The position numbers were made by a program, and so were the translations under genes. Of a stretch of DNA of 64,000 nt, positions 49,774-60,920 are shown piece after piece. This DNA is from Lingula anatina. Lineage: Eukaryota; Animalia; Brachiopoda. The stretch is taken from NCBI GenBank assembly GCA_051362555.1, contig CM120640.1, forward strand, positions 61,172,788 through 61,236,787, given 5' to 3'. A model generated the notes under the pieces. It did not search any database. It was not told where the DNA came from and saw only the letters and a program-made list of their open reading frames with translations. Numbering within the stretch: the first letter of the stretch is position 1; each line of letters starts with the position of its first letter.

Positions 49774-51320
49774 ACTTAACTTGACCTTAAAAACTGACTA
49801 TATAAGTTATATTATATAAGTATTAGATTATACTGTATAAGTATACATCCTGAAAACATTAAACACACATCTATATTATTCAGGACACAACATGTAATAT
49901 AACAACCTTATAGACTTCTGGAAATTAGATTGAATGAAATTGAATTGATTGATTTCATAGTTGCTATTTCAATGAAAAGTTGAGAAAACCAAAAATTCAT
50001 TTTAAGGCATTAAATCACAAGTATATCAGCTTGTTGCATAATCCCGGTGAGGAATCTATTCAGTGTCTAAGCGGGAATTAAGTGGCAAACTTTTTTGTGG
50101 GTCACCATATTTGATCTGCAGATCTGTTAGTCTGCTGTTCGGAATGTGCTCAATGTGATCAGAATATATACAGACACACACACACAGTGTCTGTGTATAA
50201 AGTATTAAACATACTGAGAAACATAAAATGACAAAATTTTCTTTTCAACAATGAAGGACATTTTGTCCAATTGCTGAAAAAATTTATAATAAAAATAGAT
50301 ATGACAATTTATATGACTCCATGTATCTGCTAAAGACAATTCAAGTGGTGGATGCATCTTAAATGATCTACATTGCAATAGCATTTTGAAAACATAATTA
50401 ATGAACACAGCGTTTCCATATCTCTCAATGTATACACTTAAGTTGTTTAGCTAAGAACATGCTAAATAAAAACTGATTAGCATAGATCTCAAGTTAACAA
50501 ACAGCAACTTTTAATTAAAAATAATCTCACTGTTTTTTTCTTTAATTTGCCTTCATATTAGTGCGATATATAACCTCATTATATATATGACAATGAAGTT
50601 GCACCCTTAATTAATCATATCCCTGATATTTTCTAGGAGTAATCTCACCAGTGTTTGATCTTATTATGTTTGGTTTCATAAGAAGACAAAGAAGTGTTGC
50701 ACTAATATATCACTTCTGTGACAAAACTTTTAGTGTGATTAAACTTTAAATTAAAGTGTAATTAGGACTTAAGCAAGCACACTGACTTCCTATACACTTA
50801 CAGTAGTACCTGACCAGCTGCACTTTGCATTTGGAAACATTTCTTGCTTGCATGTATCTGTATTCATTGCTTTTCACAGCTCAATAATAATCTCAAATAT
50901 GATAAAGATTTAAATATGTACAAGTTCACACACTTGGTAAGCTATTCTATACAAACATAAGAGAACATACAACAAACACTTATTAGATATATGCCAATCA
51001 GTTATTCACATATAATACATAATTGAACAGTTAAATCCTTTGTCTACATTAAATCTACATTTATAACACTTGCACATAAATTATACAATAAGGACATTTA
51101 CAAGTATTCAGATTAAATTTCACTTACTGTGGGATGCCATTTTTGAAAGCAGTGAGCACACTGTCCAAAAAACAGTTTTTACTTCTGTCACAGAAAATAA
51201 ACAAAAGTCGATACAGGTATGTGTATTTCATTTTGTGTTCTTGGTGTTCTGTTTTGACTTGTGGCAACCATTCCTGCATTTTGGGTGCATGTTCAGTACA
51301 TCATTAATGAAATAAAAGAA

Positions 51321-54300
51321 TTAGCGTTCACATAATCTGGCCATAAGTTTTTCTGCATCTTTAACGCCTACTTTCTGCCCTAAGGGTGGCACTTGTAGAC
51401 CCAGGAAATAGCTATTATGTTCCTTTGTAGACATATTTGATAATCCTAATGCATCCATCACTTTTTGTGGAGAGAAAGCATTGGGTACATCCTGAAACAC
51501 GAAAGGGTACTGCTGAACAATAAAAGAAAAAAAAAATCTCAAGAAAGTATTTTTATTAACTGCATTTAACATTTACACATGTACCAACTGTAGCCATCTG
51601 CCTGCAAAATCTTACATTCTTACATTACATGCTATGCATTTTTTAATAATATAATAATGCTATGCATTTTTCTAGTTATGCTATCATGTCCTTATAAGTT
51701 GTTCTCATTCCAGAAACTGAAAGAGACAATCTTCTTTATACACATTGGCAATCTTCTTTATATACATACACCAGGTAAATCATGCTTTTATAAATGTTGC
51801 ACTTCAATTATTAAAACTAGGAATTACAGGTATAAAAAAAAAAAAAGTCCAACATTATACCTGTTTGTTGGCGAGAATCAAAATTGGTACTTTTTTCAGT
51901 CTCTCATCTCCTAAAAGAATGTGGAGTTCTGTATAAGCCTCTGGAAACCTTGCTTCATTGGATGAGTCCACCATATAAACAAGGAGATCAGTATCTTGCA
52001 GGAAATTTGGCCAATATTTTCTAACAGTCTCTCCTCCCCCAACTTAAACAAAATGAACTCCATCCATTAACAATATCTTCAACGCATCAGAAAAATAATG
52101 TTAATACATTTTTCAAGCATGAGCTATTTTGATAAAACTTATGCTCACATATTTTGTCAAGAAATATAGTTTTTCATGAATTCAATATAGCATGTATGAT
52201 AAAATGACTTGCATTTTTGTGATAAACTGTTTTTGAACCAAATATAACTCAATACTTCTGATAATTACAATAATAAATAAATAAATAAAAATTGAGGCAT
52301 ATAGCAGTCTGTGGCATTAGCCAATGGTACCCACCTGTAGCCAGTTAAAAATTGTTTGGACAAGTAGATTTTTTAAATATGTGAATTTAGCAGTTCGACA
52401 TGCCCGTTGGATTATTATTAAGTTTTCAAAACAGCTTTTGATTTGATTTTGATTTTACTGAAATGTAACTGTTACATAATGATTAGAAAAAAATAAAATA
52501 AAAAGAAAGAAAAAATTGTTTGACAATATCAAGGTCTTGTTACTACTATTATTAATGCAAAAGGGAAAATGTCCAATTTTATCAAAAATTTTATTCAGGC
52601 CAGTGAATTCTGATTCAGACCAGTAGATTTTAGGAAAGTGGTGGTCTGAGTGGCAGAGAAAGAATAAGGCACAAGACTGCATGTACTAATAGTGTATTAC
52701 AATCATTACCCAACTTACTTTCCCATATATCAAGAGCTACTTTTTCTGTCTGTAAGCATATCACATTGAAACCATCAGTTGGTAAAGGAGAAGATTTGTT
52801 ATCCTGGTTGCTCAAACAGGCTAAAAAGCTGCTCTTTCCAGCTCCATCAAGGCCCAACACTAATATTCGTTTTTCTGGGATTTCTTCAAGCTAAGATGAT
52901 AATAAAAGCACATATTATATTGCTGTAGCAATAAATTACAGAACTAACAATTTCCTTAGAAACTGACAGTAGACATAACAAAATATTTTAAATTCTCTTA
53001 GGATGGATTCTGAATGAGAAGTTTTTAAGGCAAAAACTTACAATTAAATTATCTCAGTTTAAGGAGTGCCTCTACCATATACTCCGCTTAGGTTAACCAT
53101 CACTCCAGGCTACAGGAGAAAATCTCAAGTCTAACAAAAGCCAATTCATATTCTTCAAGGGACTTTGTTCACAGAAGATTGTAAGCGGGAGATTGTTATC
53201 AATCCTAGCAAGATGAGAAGGAAATTTTCATATCTGCTCGAGGGACTCCACTAGCAGAAGATAGTCTATGGAAGATCTGAAAGTTTGGTTGCGTTCATTT
53301 ACAAACTAGTGAAGAGCAAAATTTGCGGTGTGACTGAAATGCGCAATACACTGCAATACAGCGCAACACAGCGCAATACACTTCAAAAATCAAATCCAAT
53401 TGCAATTACACAAAAGAAATGACCATTCCCAGCAAAGTAGGGTGATATAAAAACAACCTATATTACTAGGTAAGTAATATCGTTGATATAACTTAACAAA
53501 TCAGCAAGACTTTTATATTGTCCAGTTGGCAGCCATGTTGGCGAGTGGCTCTTCTTGGATATATTACTGGCCAAGAAGAGCTACTCGCCAACATGGCGGC
53601 TGACCAAACAATGAAAAAATTGTCAAGTTGTATCAGCAATATTAATTACTATGTACTATATTTTGCTTTTATATCACCCTATTTTATTTGAGATTACCCT
53701 TTCCCGTGTTTACTTGCAACTGGACTTGTGCTATCAAGTGTATTGCGCTATGTTGCGCTGTATTGCAGTGTATTGCGCATTTCAGTCACACCCCAAAATT
53801 TGCTCACATATCAGGCAGAGACAGTAACACCTAACTAATGAATGGTAATTTGGCATAAAAATCCATGTGCCCTTACAGTTCAGACTGCAACCAAAATAGA
53901 AACTTCATAAGAAAAGTCTGCAATTGAAATTTATTTTTATATTATTTTAAAAATATTTTTAATTTTAACCCCCCCCCCCCCCCCCCCATCCCTCTGAATC
54001 TTATTTTTTCCCTTTTTTCCTTATTTTTTGAACATTTAATTTTTTATATTAACCTCCCCCCCCCCTCCCCCACCTCCACCACCACCACCACCCAATGCTC
54101 ATCTAGCACTTTGAAAATTTTTGGACTCCTTGAAATTTTGTAGGAAATAAGACAAGAGATGGTAATTTTGGTCAGCCCAATCCTGGAGAAAGCCCTGATG
54201 TGCAGATATCTTTCAAAGGGAATTATTACTGACCAATCAGAGAGGTAGAGTTCTACAAGGGTCAATGGTGTTGAACTTGCAAATTGGGCTCATATATTTA

Positions 54301-54489
54301 TCTTTTACTTACCTCTCAAGTTGCCAATAGCTATATATATAAGAAGCCAACAGTTGGCTTTTCTTCAGTGAATGACTACATGTTGAAGAGAGAGGTAAGT
54401 AAAAGAATTAAGAGCCCTCATACATATATATCACACTCTAGCTGAACTTCATTTTACAGTTACATATATACTAAGTATATATATATACC

Positions 54490-54534
<45 letters not shown>

Positions 54535-55068
54535 TCTGATAGATATGTAATATTCTTCCTGTGTTAGCACATGTAGTAGATGGGTAAGACAAATAAAAAT
54601 GCTCACACTTGGTTTTTCATGCTAGTGTAAGGCGTACAATTGAGGTAAACAACATGTACATGTACAGTACTGTAGCTGGGGAAAAACTGACAATATAAAT
54701 TAATAAATTTGAATATTAAGCAGATATCCAGAACAAAATTAAGGCTGCAAAGGACATAACTATACAGCCTGCCATGTAAATTTTCTAATATACAGTGTGA
54801 AATGTCTGCTTTCGATGCACGGACATGACATTATATGCGTTGTTTACATTGAAAATTCGTCTGTCAAACATTAAAATGCTTAGACACGATTTGTATAAGC
54901 TGCATATAGTACCTTTGGGTTGTCAACAAAACCTTCATCACACAATGCTTCCCCCACGTGATTTCTATACAATTTGTACAGTGCAAATGCAGTTGCAGCC
55001 ACAGCGCCACCAGCTGCAATGCCAAAAGCAACCTTTTTTCCACTTCCAGAAAACCATTTGTCCGCCAT
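51321..55068 (-). CDS. ARL10: ADP-ribosylation factor-like GTPase, ARL9/ARL10 family, with N-terminal TM anchor; exons 55068-54913, 52890-52719, 52042-51861, 51491-51321
   Basis: N-terminal hydrophobic VAFGIAAGGAVAATAFALY. P-loop ILVLGLDGAGKSS, switch PTDGFN, family-typical WEIGG (instead of WDVGGQ), YMVDSS and ANKQD. GT-AG introns in phase. Confidence 0.88.
53327..53792. mobile_element. Intact MULE-like MITE in ARL10 intron 1
   Basis: TIRs GGTGTGACTGAAATGCGCAATACACTGCAATACAGCGCAACA / TGTTGCGCTGTATTGCAGTGTATTGCGCATTTCAGTCACACC, extending imperfectly to about 130 bp. Flanking direct repeat CAAAATTTGC at 53317-53326 and 53794-53803. Internal hairpin at about 53532-53596. Confidence 0.88.
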
Positions 55069-55699
55069 TTTTCAACAATATTAGTGTCAAGGTCGTTGAC
55101 CCGTACATATTTTTTAAAAATATTGATAGGGTATCTAATACTAGCAGTAATTAGAGATGGTTAATAATATATGCTATAATTGATTCCTAGTTTATTCAAC
55201 AGTTGATAATAGAATAATATTAATCTACGGAATATCTGTGCGAGACTCCACGCGATTTCCTTATTGTGCAGGTGCTTTGACGTTTTGCTGAAAATTATAC
55301 TGATACACAACTGCTGTGAACATAAAAGATAGTCAAAGGACTGTGTTTATGACAAAATAAGTTGTTTCAAGATAGGATGAGTACATGAAGTTGGCTAGCA
55401 CTTCATTTAAGACGGTACAAGTTTCTGTACGCGAAATTAAGTTTTGGCCAATTGCAGAAGAGCTCAGGTGCCAAGCCCCCACATGACCTTCTTTCAAGGA
55501 CATTTGCCGTTGTGTCGGAAAAACAAGCTGTATTCAGGTTGATGTCTCAACACAAGTGTGGACACAATATAAGGATAGAATAACGGATAATCAAATAGCT
55601 TAAGGTAAGTTTCATCTTAAGCTCTATATTACTTGGAGTGTATAGGGTGGTCGAGGAAAAACCTAACATCGCAGATGACTTGCGAAATATTTGCACCAA

Positions 55700-55745
<46 letters not shown>

Positions 55746-55979
55746 TCGGCTATCACCTAGATCGGCCAATGAAGCTTAAACCACATTAAATGACTTAGGG
55801 ATAAGACTCTTCTTGTGCAAAACCCGACCAAAATCGAACAAGTATTTTTAAACTTATTTCTTAAAATATTCACCATATTCATATTCATAGGCAAGTGGAG
55901 TTTGGACAGAGGGGGTCTGTGAATTAACTACCCATTTGGCTGGGAAAAGGTTTGTTCAGAGTACACACACACACACACA

Positions 55980-56202
55980 CAGATCGCATTACACAGTATC
56001 ATACCCTGAACAAATTTTGAGTGGTGATGCAATGCTTTTCAACCCCGCTGAGAATCGTCACTATCACATCACGTACTAGTCAAGAGCGGTGCCGTGTCTG
56101 ATACTGTGTAATGCGATCTGACACACACCTTGAAAACGGGTAGTGTGGTCTGATCTACCGGTGAATTCTGGATCATTCGGTGCCGAGTCTGGTAGTTGGG
56201 TA
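55980..56202. mobile_element. Partial second copy of the 49474-49773 MITE
   Basis: Shares the core AACAAATTTTGAG...CTGAGAATC..CACTATCACAT and the right arm CTTGAAAACGGGTAGTGTGGTC...GAGTCTGGTAGTTGGGTA. Left arm decayed. Confidence 0.75.
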
Positions 56203-57278
56203 GTCCTGGGTATGTTAATGTACTAGTATTAATTTTCTTATTTTACGTCTCCTGCAATATAAATGTGCTAATGAAAGAAAGATATAGTGCACACACTGAC
56301 AGTGCTTTGATATTATCACCTCTACAATATTAGTATTTAATAAATTGTTTGGAAATTACTGTTGGCTTTGGTAATCTTCAAAGAATGCCTCTAGGCTTCA
56401 TTATTTTGTTTCTCAATTTCAGATACAAACTGACAATGTGTTGTCATCCTTCATCAAGGCAATCTATTTAATATTGGCCAAGTAGATAATAATAACACAA
56501 AGAAATGTAAGTGTAAAGACTAATCTGTTATGTCTTGTTTGGTGGATACTGTTGAGAGGGATAACAACTGTTGTTTTTTTTTTTTTTGTTCCAAAAAATA
56601 ACAATAGGTTTTCATGGGGTAAACACTGATTTTCCCATACTTACAAATGGTTATTAAATTCATTCCAACATTCAAAGTTAGTCCATGGTTTTTCAAAAAG
56701 TTAAGTGTTTGGAATTATCTCTTAAGAGATTTTTACAGAGGTGAGGTCACCTTTGAAGGTCCACGTGGCAGGGGCAGATTTAGGCCGTCTTCTGGGTCTT
56801 CCGGAAGATGGTCATATTTTCAAGTTTACATTGAAGGGTATCTATTTTTTCTGTCGGATGATGGTCAAAAAATAGAGGATGAATCAACAAATATAAATTT
56901 GGAAGACTCAGAAAATATCTCTGGATCTGCCCATGCATGGTCTGATACAGCAAGCACAGGTCCCAGAATTATTGCGATAACTGCTGTTTTGGTGGTAAAA
57001 TGAAATTCATTGTATTTATATGAGTTGTTAACAAGGTTTTCATTGTGAAATATGAATCTGATATGAACAGTTGTTATCCCTTTAATTTTTAAATAAATTA
57101 CTTTAAAGTAAAATAATAAGACATATGATATGGGGGGGGGGCATTATTATTAATTTAATACAGTACAGTATTATTCATTTAATTCTATATATTTTTGAAT
57201 AAAAATACAATTCATATTTACAACTGTCTACATAAGAATGTGCGACACTAAATTAAAAATGCATTTGTTCATTTTAGC

Positions 57279-57782
57279 ATGTCTGATTTGAAACGGACAA
57301 AAACAGCACCAGGAGTTTTGACCAACATGCTTCTTGGGGAAAGACCTACATTGAAAACCAGGGATGACATATTGATTCATGATGGAAGTCCCCATGAAGG
57401 AGAGGGGGTATCTGACTTTGAGAGAGCGAATCCTTTGGAGCGCCCTGGATTGTTCCAGAAAGCTATGGGCATTAGGGACATTCAGTCTAAAATTGAATTT
57501 TCAAGTCAAGAAAACTTCACACAGAATGTTTTCTCCAAACAACCAACTGCTGGGCAGACTTCAGAAAATGCCACAAAGAGTGAACAAACCAGTTGGTTTC
57601 AAGGTCTAGGAAGTGTCCTTAGAAATTGGAAACACAGCATTAACAAGGAAGAATCCAAGCCCATGTTGTTCAGTCAACATAAAGATAGTAATATATTTGT
57701 AAAAGAATCTGCAACAAAAAAGATAAGGAAAAAGATAAGCAGGAGAGAAGAAATGAACATATTAGGGCCACAGTCATTTTGA
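57279..57782 (+). CDS. 167-aa protein, probable KIAA1191/p33MONOX-like; single coding exon with upstream non-coding exons (ending 55604 and 56423-56506)
   Basis: Clean GC-richer ORF directly after a splice acceptor (TTTTAG|CATG). The C-terminus RREEMNILGPQSF resembles the recalled human KIAA1191 end PRDLNVLTPTGF. EGVSDFERANPL resembles ESIQHFERQAGL. Head-to-head with ARL10. The CDS is confident; the orthology is less so. Confidence 0.7.
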   Translation: MSDLKRTKTAPGVLTNMLLGERPTLKTRDDILIHDGSPHEGEGVSDFERANPLERPGLFQKAMGIRDIQSKIEFSSQENFTQNVFSKQPTAGQTSENATKSEQTSWFQGLGSVLRNWKHSINKEESKPMLFSQHKDSNIFVKESATKKIRKKISRREEMNILGPQSF

Positions 57783-58999
57783 TAGTGGGAAACTTAATAA
57801 CTATAGAGAAAAATTATGTTGGAAGATTTATTTGAATGGCCTGTCAAATAAGGTCAACTGTAAGTAATTTATGTCAATATAGAAAAATACTGCAGTATTG
57901 TTTTACAAAATGTGGATATTTATTTTATTTAGATTTTGTATTATTATGACTGTATATATACAAAATTTAGATTATTTATCAATTTGTCAACATGACTGAA
58001 AAAATGGATAGCTTATTAAATACAGCAATAACCCGTTCTTTTCAATGGAGGAAAATTGTGAATTTTACAGATACTGTATTTTATAAGTCATAATTTCTTA
58101 AAATAAGAGTATTCCTATTGAGTGGTTTCAACAAAATTGAAAAGCAGACTGCCTTATAGTTCTATTCTATGCATAAAAAGCACCACAAATGCTACAAAAA
58201 AATACAATTTTTATGATTTTAAAATGATGAATCTGAAAGTTTGATAATTTTCCCCATTGAAAAGATTGAGTCATTACTGTAGTCAATTGATAAAGTCATA
58301 TTTTAAAAAGGGGTAGATGCAAATAAAAGAAAACATATTATTCATTAAATGAGTTGTAGGATATATATAGAATTAAAAAATTTCATGCACTTTGTCTGCA
58401 AAGATTTAGACAGTAGTTTTCTTTTCAGATATAGTGCATATATTATGCCAGCTTTTGACATTATATGTCTCCATGCATGATTTTAAATGTTTTTTCTTAC
58501 ATTTGATGAAATTTGAATGATGTAAATATTGTATATGTAATTCATGGTTATCAATCCCAAGATTCCCTTTATTTTGGTGCAAAATAAAAATAAAAAAAAT
58601 ACTCTCACCTCTAAAATATTTTATTGCCTTTTGTTTCAAGGAGACAAAAGAAGGTTGTACAAAAGCATAACTTTCATCAGGTTGATATCATTCAGTTTGT
58701 ACCTTCTTTTTTTTTTTTTTTTTGCTTCAGGTATCGGTAGGGTCTTCACCATGTATCATTGGTTTTCAATTATGCTGTAAAGTATCATTGAATTTAATTG
58801 AAAATAAATTTTATTATTAATTTTCTTGAATTCTTTCTCAGGCAAACTGTAATCCTTCATGAAGTGATTATGGTTAGCCTAATATTTGTATTTTTTTTGT
58901 GTATCAATAAATTTTGTCCAACAACACGTTTGTAGAATTATCACAGGGGACACTTGGTCTGAGCATCTCTACTTCTATGGTCTGAGTTACTTCTCCAGC

Positions 59000-60083
59000 G
59001 GGTACGTACGGATACAATTTAGTCCCAAAATATTACACGTCCCTATAATCCCGTTACCGATAGATACATAAAGGAAAAACTGAAAAAACGTCTTTTTAGA
59101 TTTAAATACCGATAGATCCGATTTTTTACTGCTGTCCTATATATTTGCGTTCCTATAGATACGACGTCCTCATAAACCGACGTCCTTTAAATCCACATAC
59201 CTATAGATCCACGTATTTTGAGATCCAAATACCGATAGATCCATTAAAGGTATGCTTTTGCTCAAAATGGTTGGTATACTACTCGGTACATAAAATGCAC
59301 TTCTTTAAAACGACAGTACACATATTAATCCTTTCAGCAATAAATTATTCTACTAGATCGTTTTCACACAATACTCAGTGAAAGAACATAAAAAGAACAA
59401 AAATGTGTTCTATATTTCACAACGCTTACTGTTCTAGCGTCAGAACAATGTTTAAAGCGTTCTCAAAATGTAACATTCGAACACGTAAAGTGTTCTGAAT
59501 TTACATGTAAATGTGTTCTAAACAAAACAAAACAAAACAAAAAAAAAAAAAAAAAATGTGTTCTATATTTCACAACGCTCAGTGTTCTGGCGCCAGAACA
59601 CTGTTTAAAGCGTTCTCAAAATGTAACATTTGCACACTTAAAATGTGTTCTGTTTCATGTTTACGACGCGTTCCCGAACTTTAGAGTGTGATAGACGTGT
59701 AGACGCGAACGTACTCAGTACATGTATGTCTTGTTTGAACACCTAATAAATATATAAATACATAAAAAAATGAATGAATGATAAATGTCAGGTTGTAATT
59801 AAGTCAGATCACTAAGTGGATCAGTATTCGCAGCCCGACTATCACTCGAAAGCCTCATACCTGTATCACAAGTTGATATCGGCCTTTTAGCCGATTAGGA
59901 TGTCAGATAGATGGATCTAGCGGTACCTGGATCTAAAGATACGTGGGTTTATAGGAATCTGTTGGTGGATCTATCGGAACGTAAATTTAACGAGACGTAA
60001 ACGTGTAGACTATGTAGGCCCTATAGAGACGTATCTATCGGGACGAATGTTTTATTGGGACGTTTATCTATATGGCGGACCCC
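59000..60083. mobile_element. Foldback/MULE-like element with modular TIRs
   Basis: Termini GGGTACG / CGGACCC. The left arm has repeated TACCGATAGATCC and the right arm repeated GGATCTATCGG. Flanking direct repeat TCTCCAGC at 58992-58999 and 60084-60091. Confidence 0.8.
59400..59690. repeat. Direct duplication (period about 153 bp) inside the foldback element, possibly an EnSpm-like remnant
   Basis: AAATGTGTTCTATATTTCACAACGCT...TTTAAAGCGTTCTCAAAATGTAACATT at 59401 and 59554. The block ends TTTAGAGTG, the reverse complement of CACTCTAAA. Confidence 0.6.
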
Positions 60084-60920
60084 TCTCCAGCAGGTAAAAC
60101 AACAGCTATGATATCATGTTTTCCAGAGATCAATTTCAAACTGGCTGATATCTATGTTTATTTCTCTGGCTGAGACAGCACGGACAATCCAGAAGCTATT
60201 CAATCCTTTTAAAACTGAAAACATCCTTTTTAAAAGTCGGTTACAGTTCTTTCCAATGAATAAAATACATAAACAGGTTCATGTAATATGTATCATTATA
60301 AAGGAGACATCTGAACAATCTTTACCAAATGTTGATTTTATTTGATTTAAATGTGGAAGTTTCTGAAATGAAATTTGAACGTGAAATCACCACTATGTGA
60401 AACTTGGACATAATAACGTGATTTTGTCCATGTGTGAAACTAAACCCTCAGTGGTCTGGTAACTATATAACACCTGAATGTGTGACTTGACCTGATTTGG
60501 CCCCTGAATGACATGTATGACCCAGAGTATCAACAACATATATCTTTTTTTAATAAATCGTGTGATCTACACGAGGATTTTAAACCTTTACGGCATAGGT
60601 CACAGCAGTCAATGTAAACACGTGAAAGAAACTTCTTCTTAATCCACCCAGTGCACCAATGTTTGCATCATGTTTGCCTCTTAGGAAAATAAGTTGCTGG
60701 ACCGAAAGTCCAGCCATCTTGAAAAGTAGCTGGACTAAATGTCTCCTGGGTGGGAAAACTTCTCAGCCCGTTCTGAAAGTTGTCGGCCCCGGGCAGACGG
60801 TCCAGCCTTAATTTTCTAACACTGTTTGCATGCATTACCGCCTCCTGCGATACATACGGGTATTTGACATGGATGCACCATGAGTAAACGCGGACGGGGA
60901 TTCCCCACGTGATTTTGTTG

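Noticed and set aside
52030-52730. ARL G3 motif WEIGGG lacking the catalytic Gln
   Set aside because: EIGG without Gln is typical of ARL9/ARL10, so it supports the family call and is not a novelty.
56647-57003. 118-aa + strand ORF
   Set aside because: Lies in the inferred intron of the KIAA1191-like leader, overlaps a GGGGCAGATTTAG...TGGATCTGCCC MITE-like pair, and has no recognisable motif.
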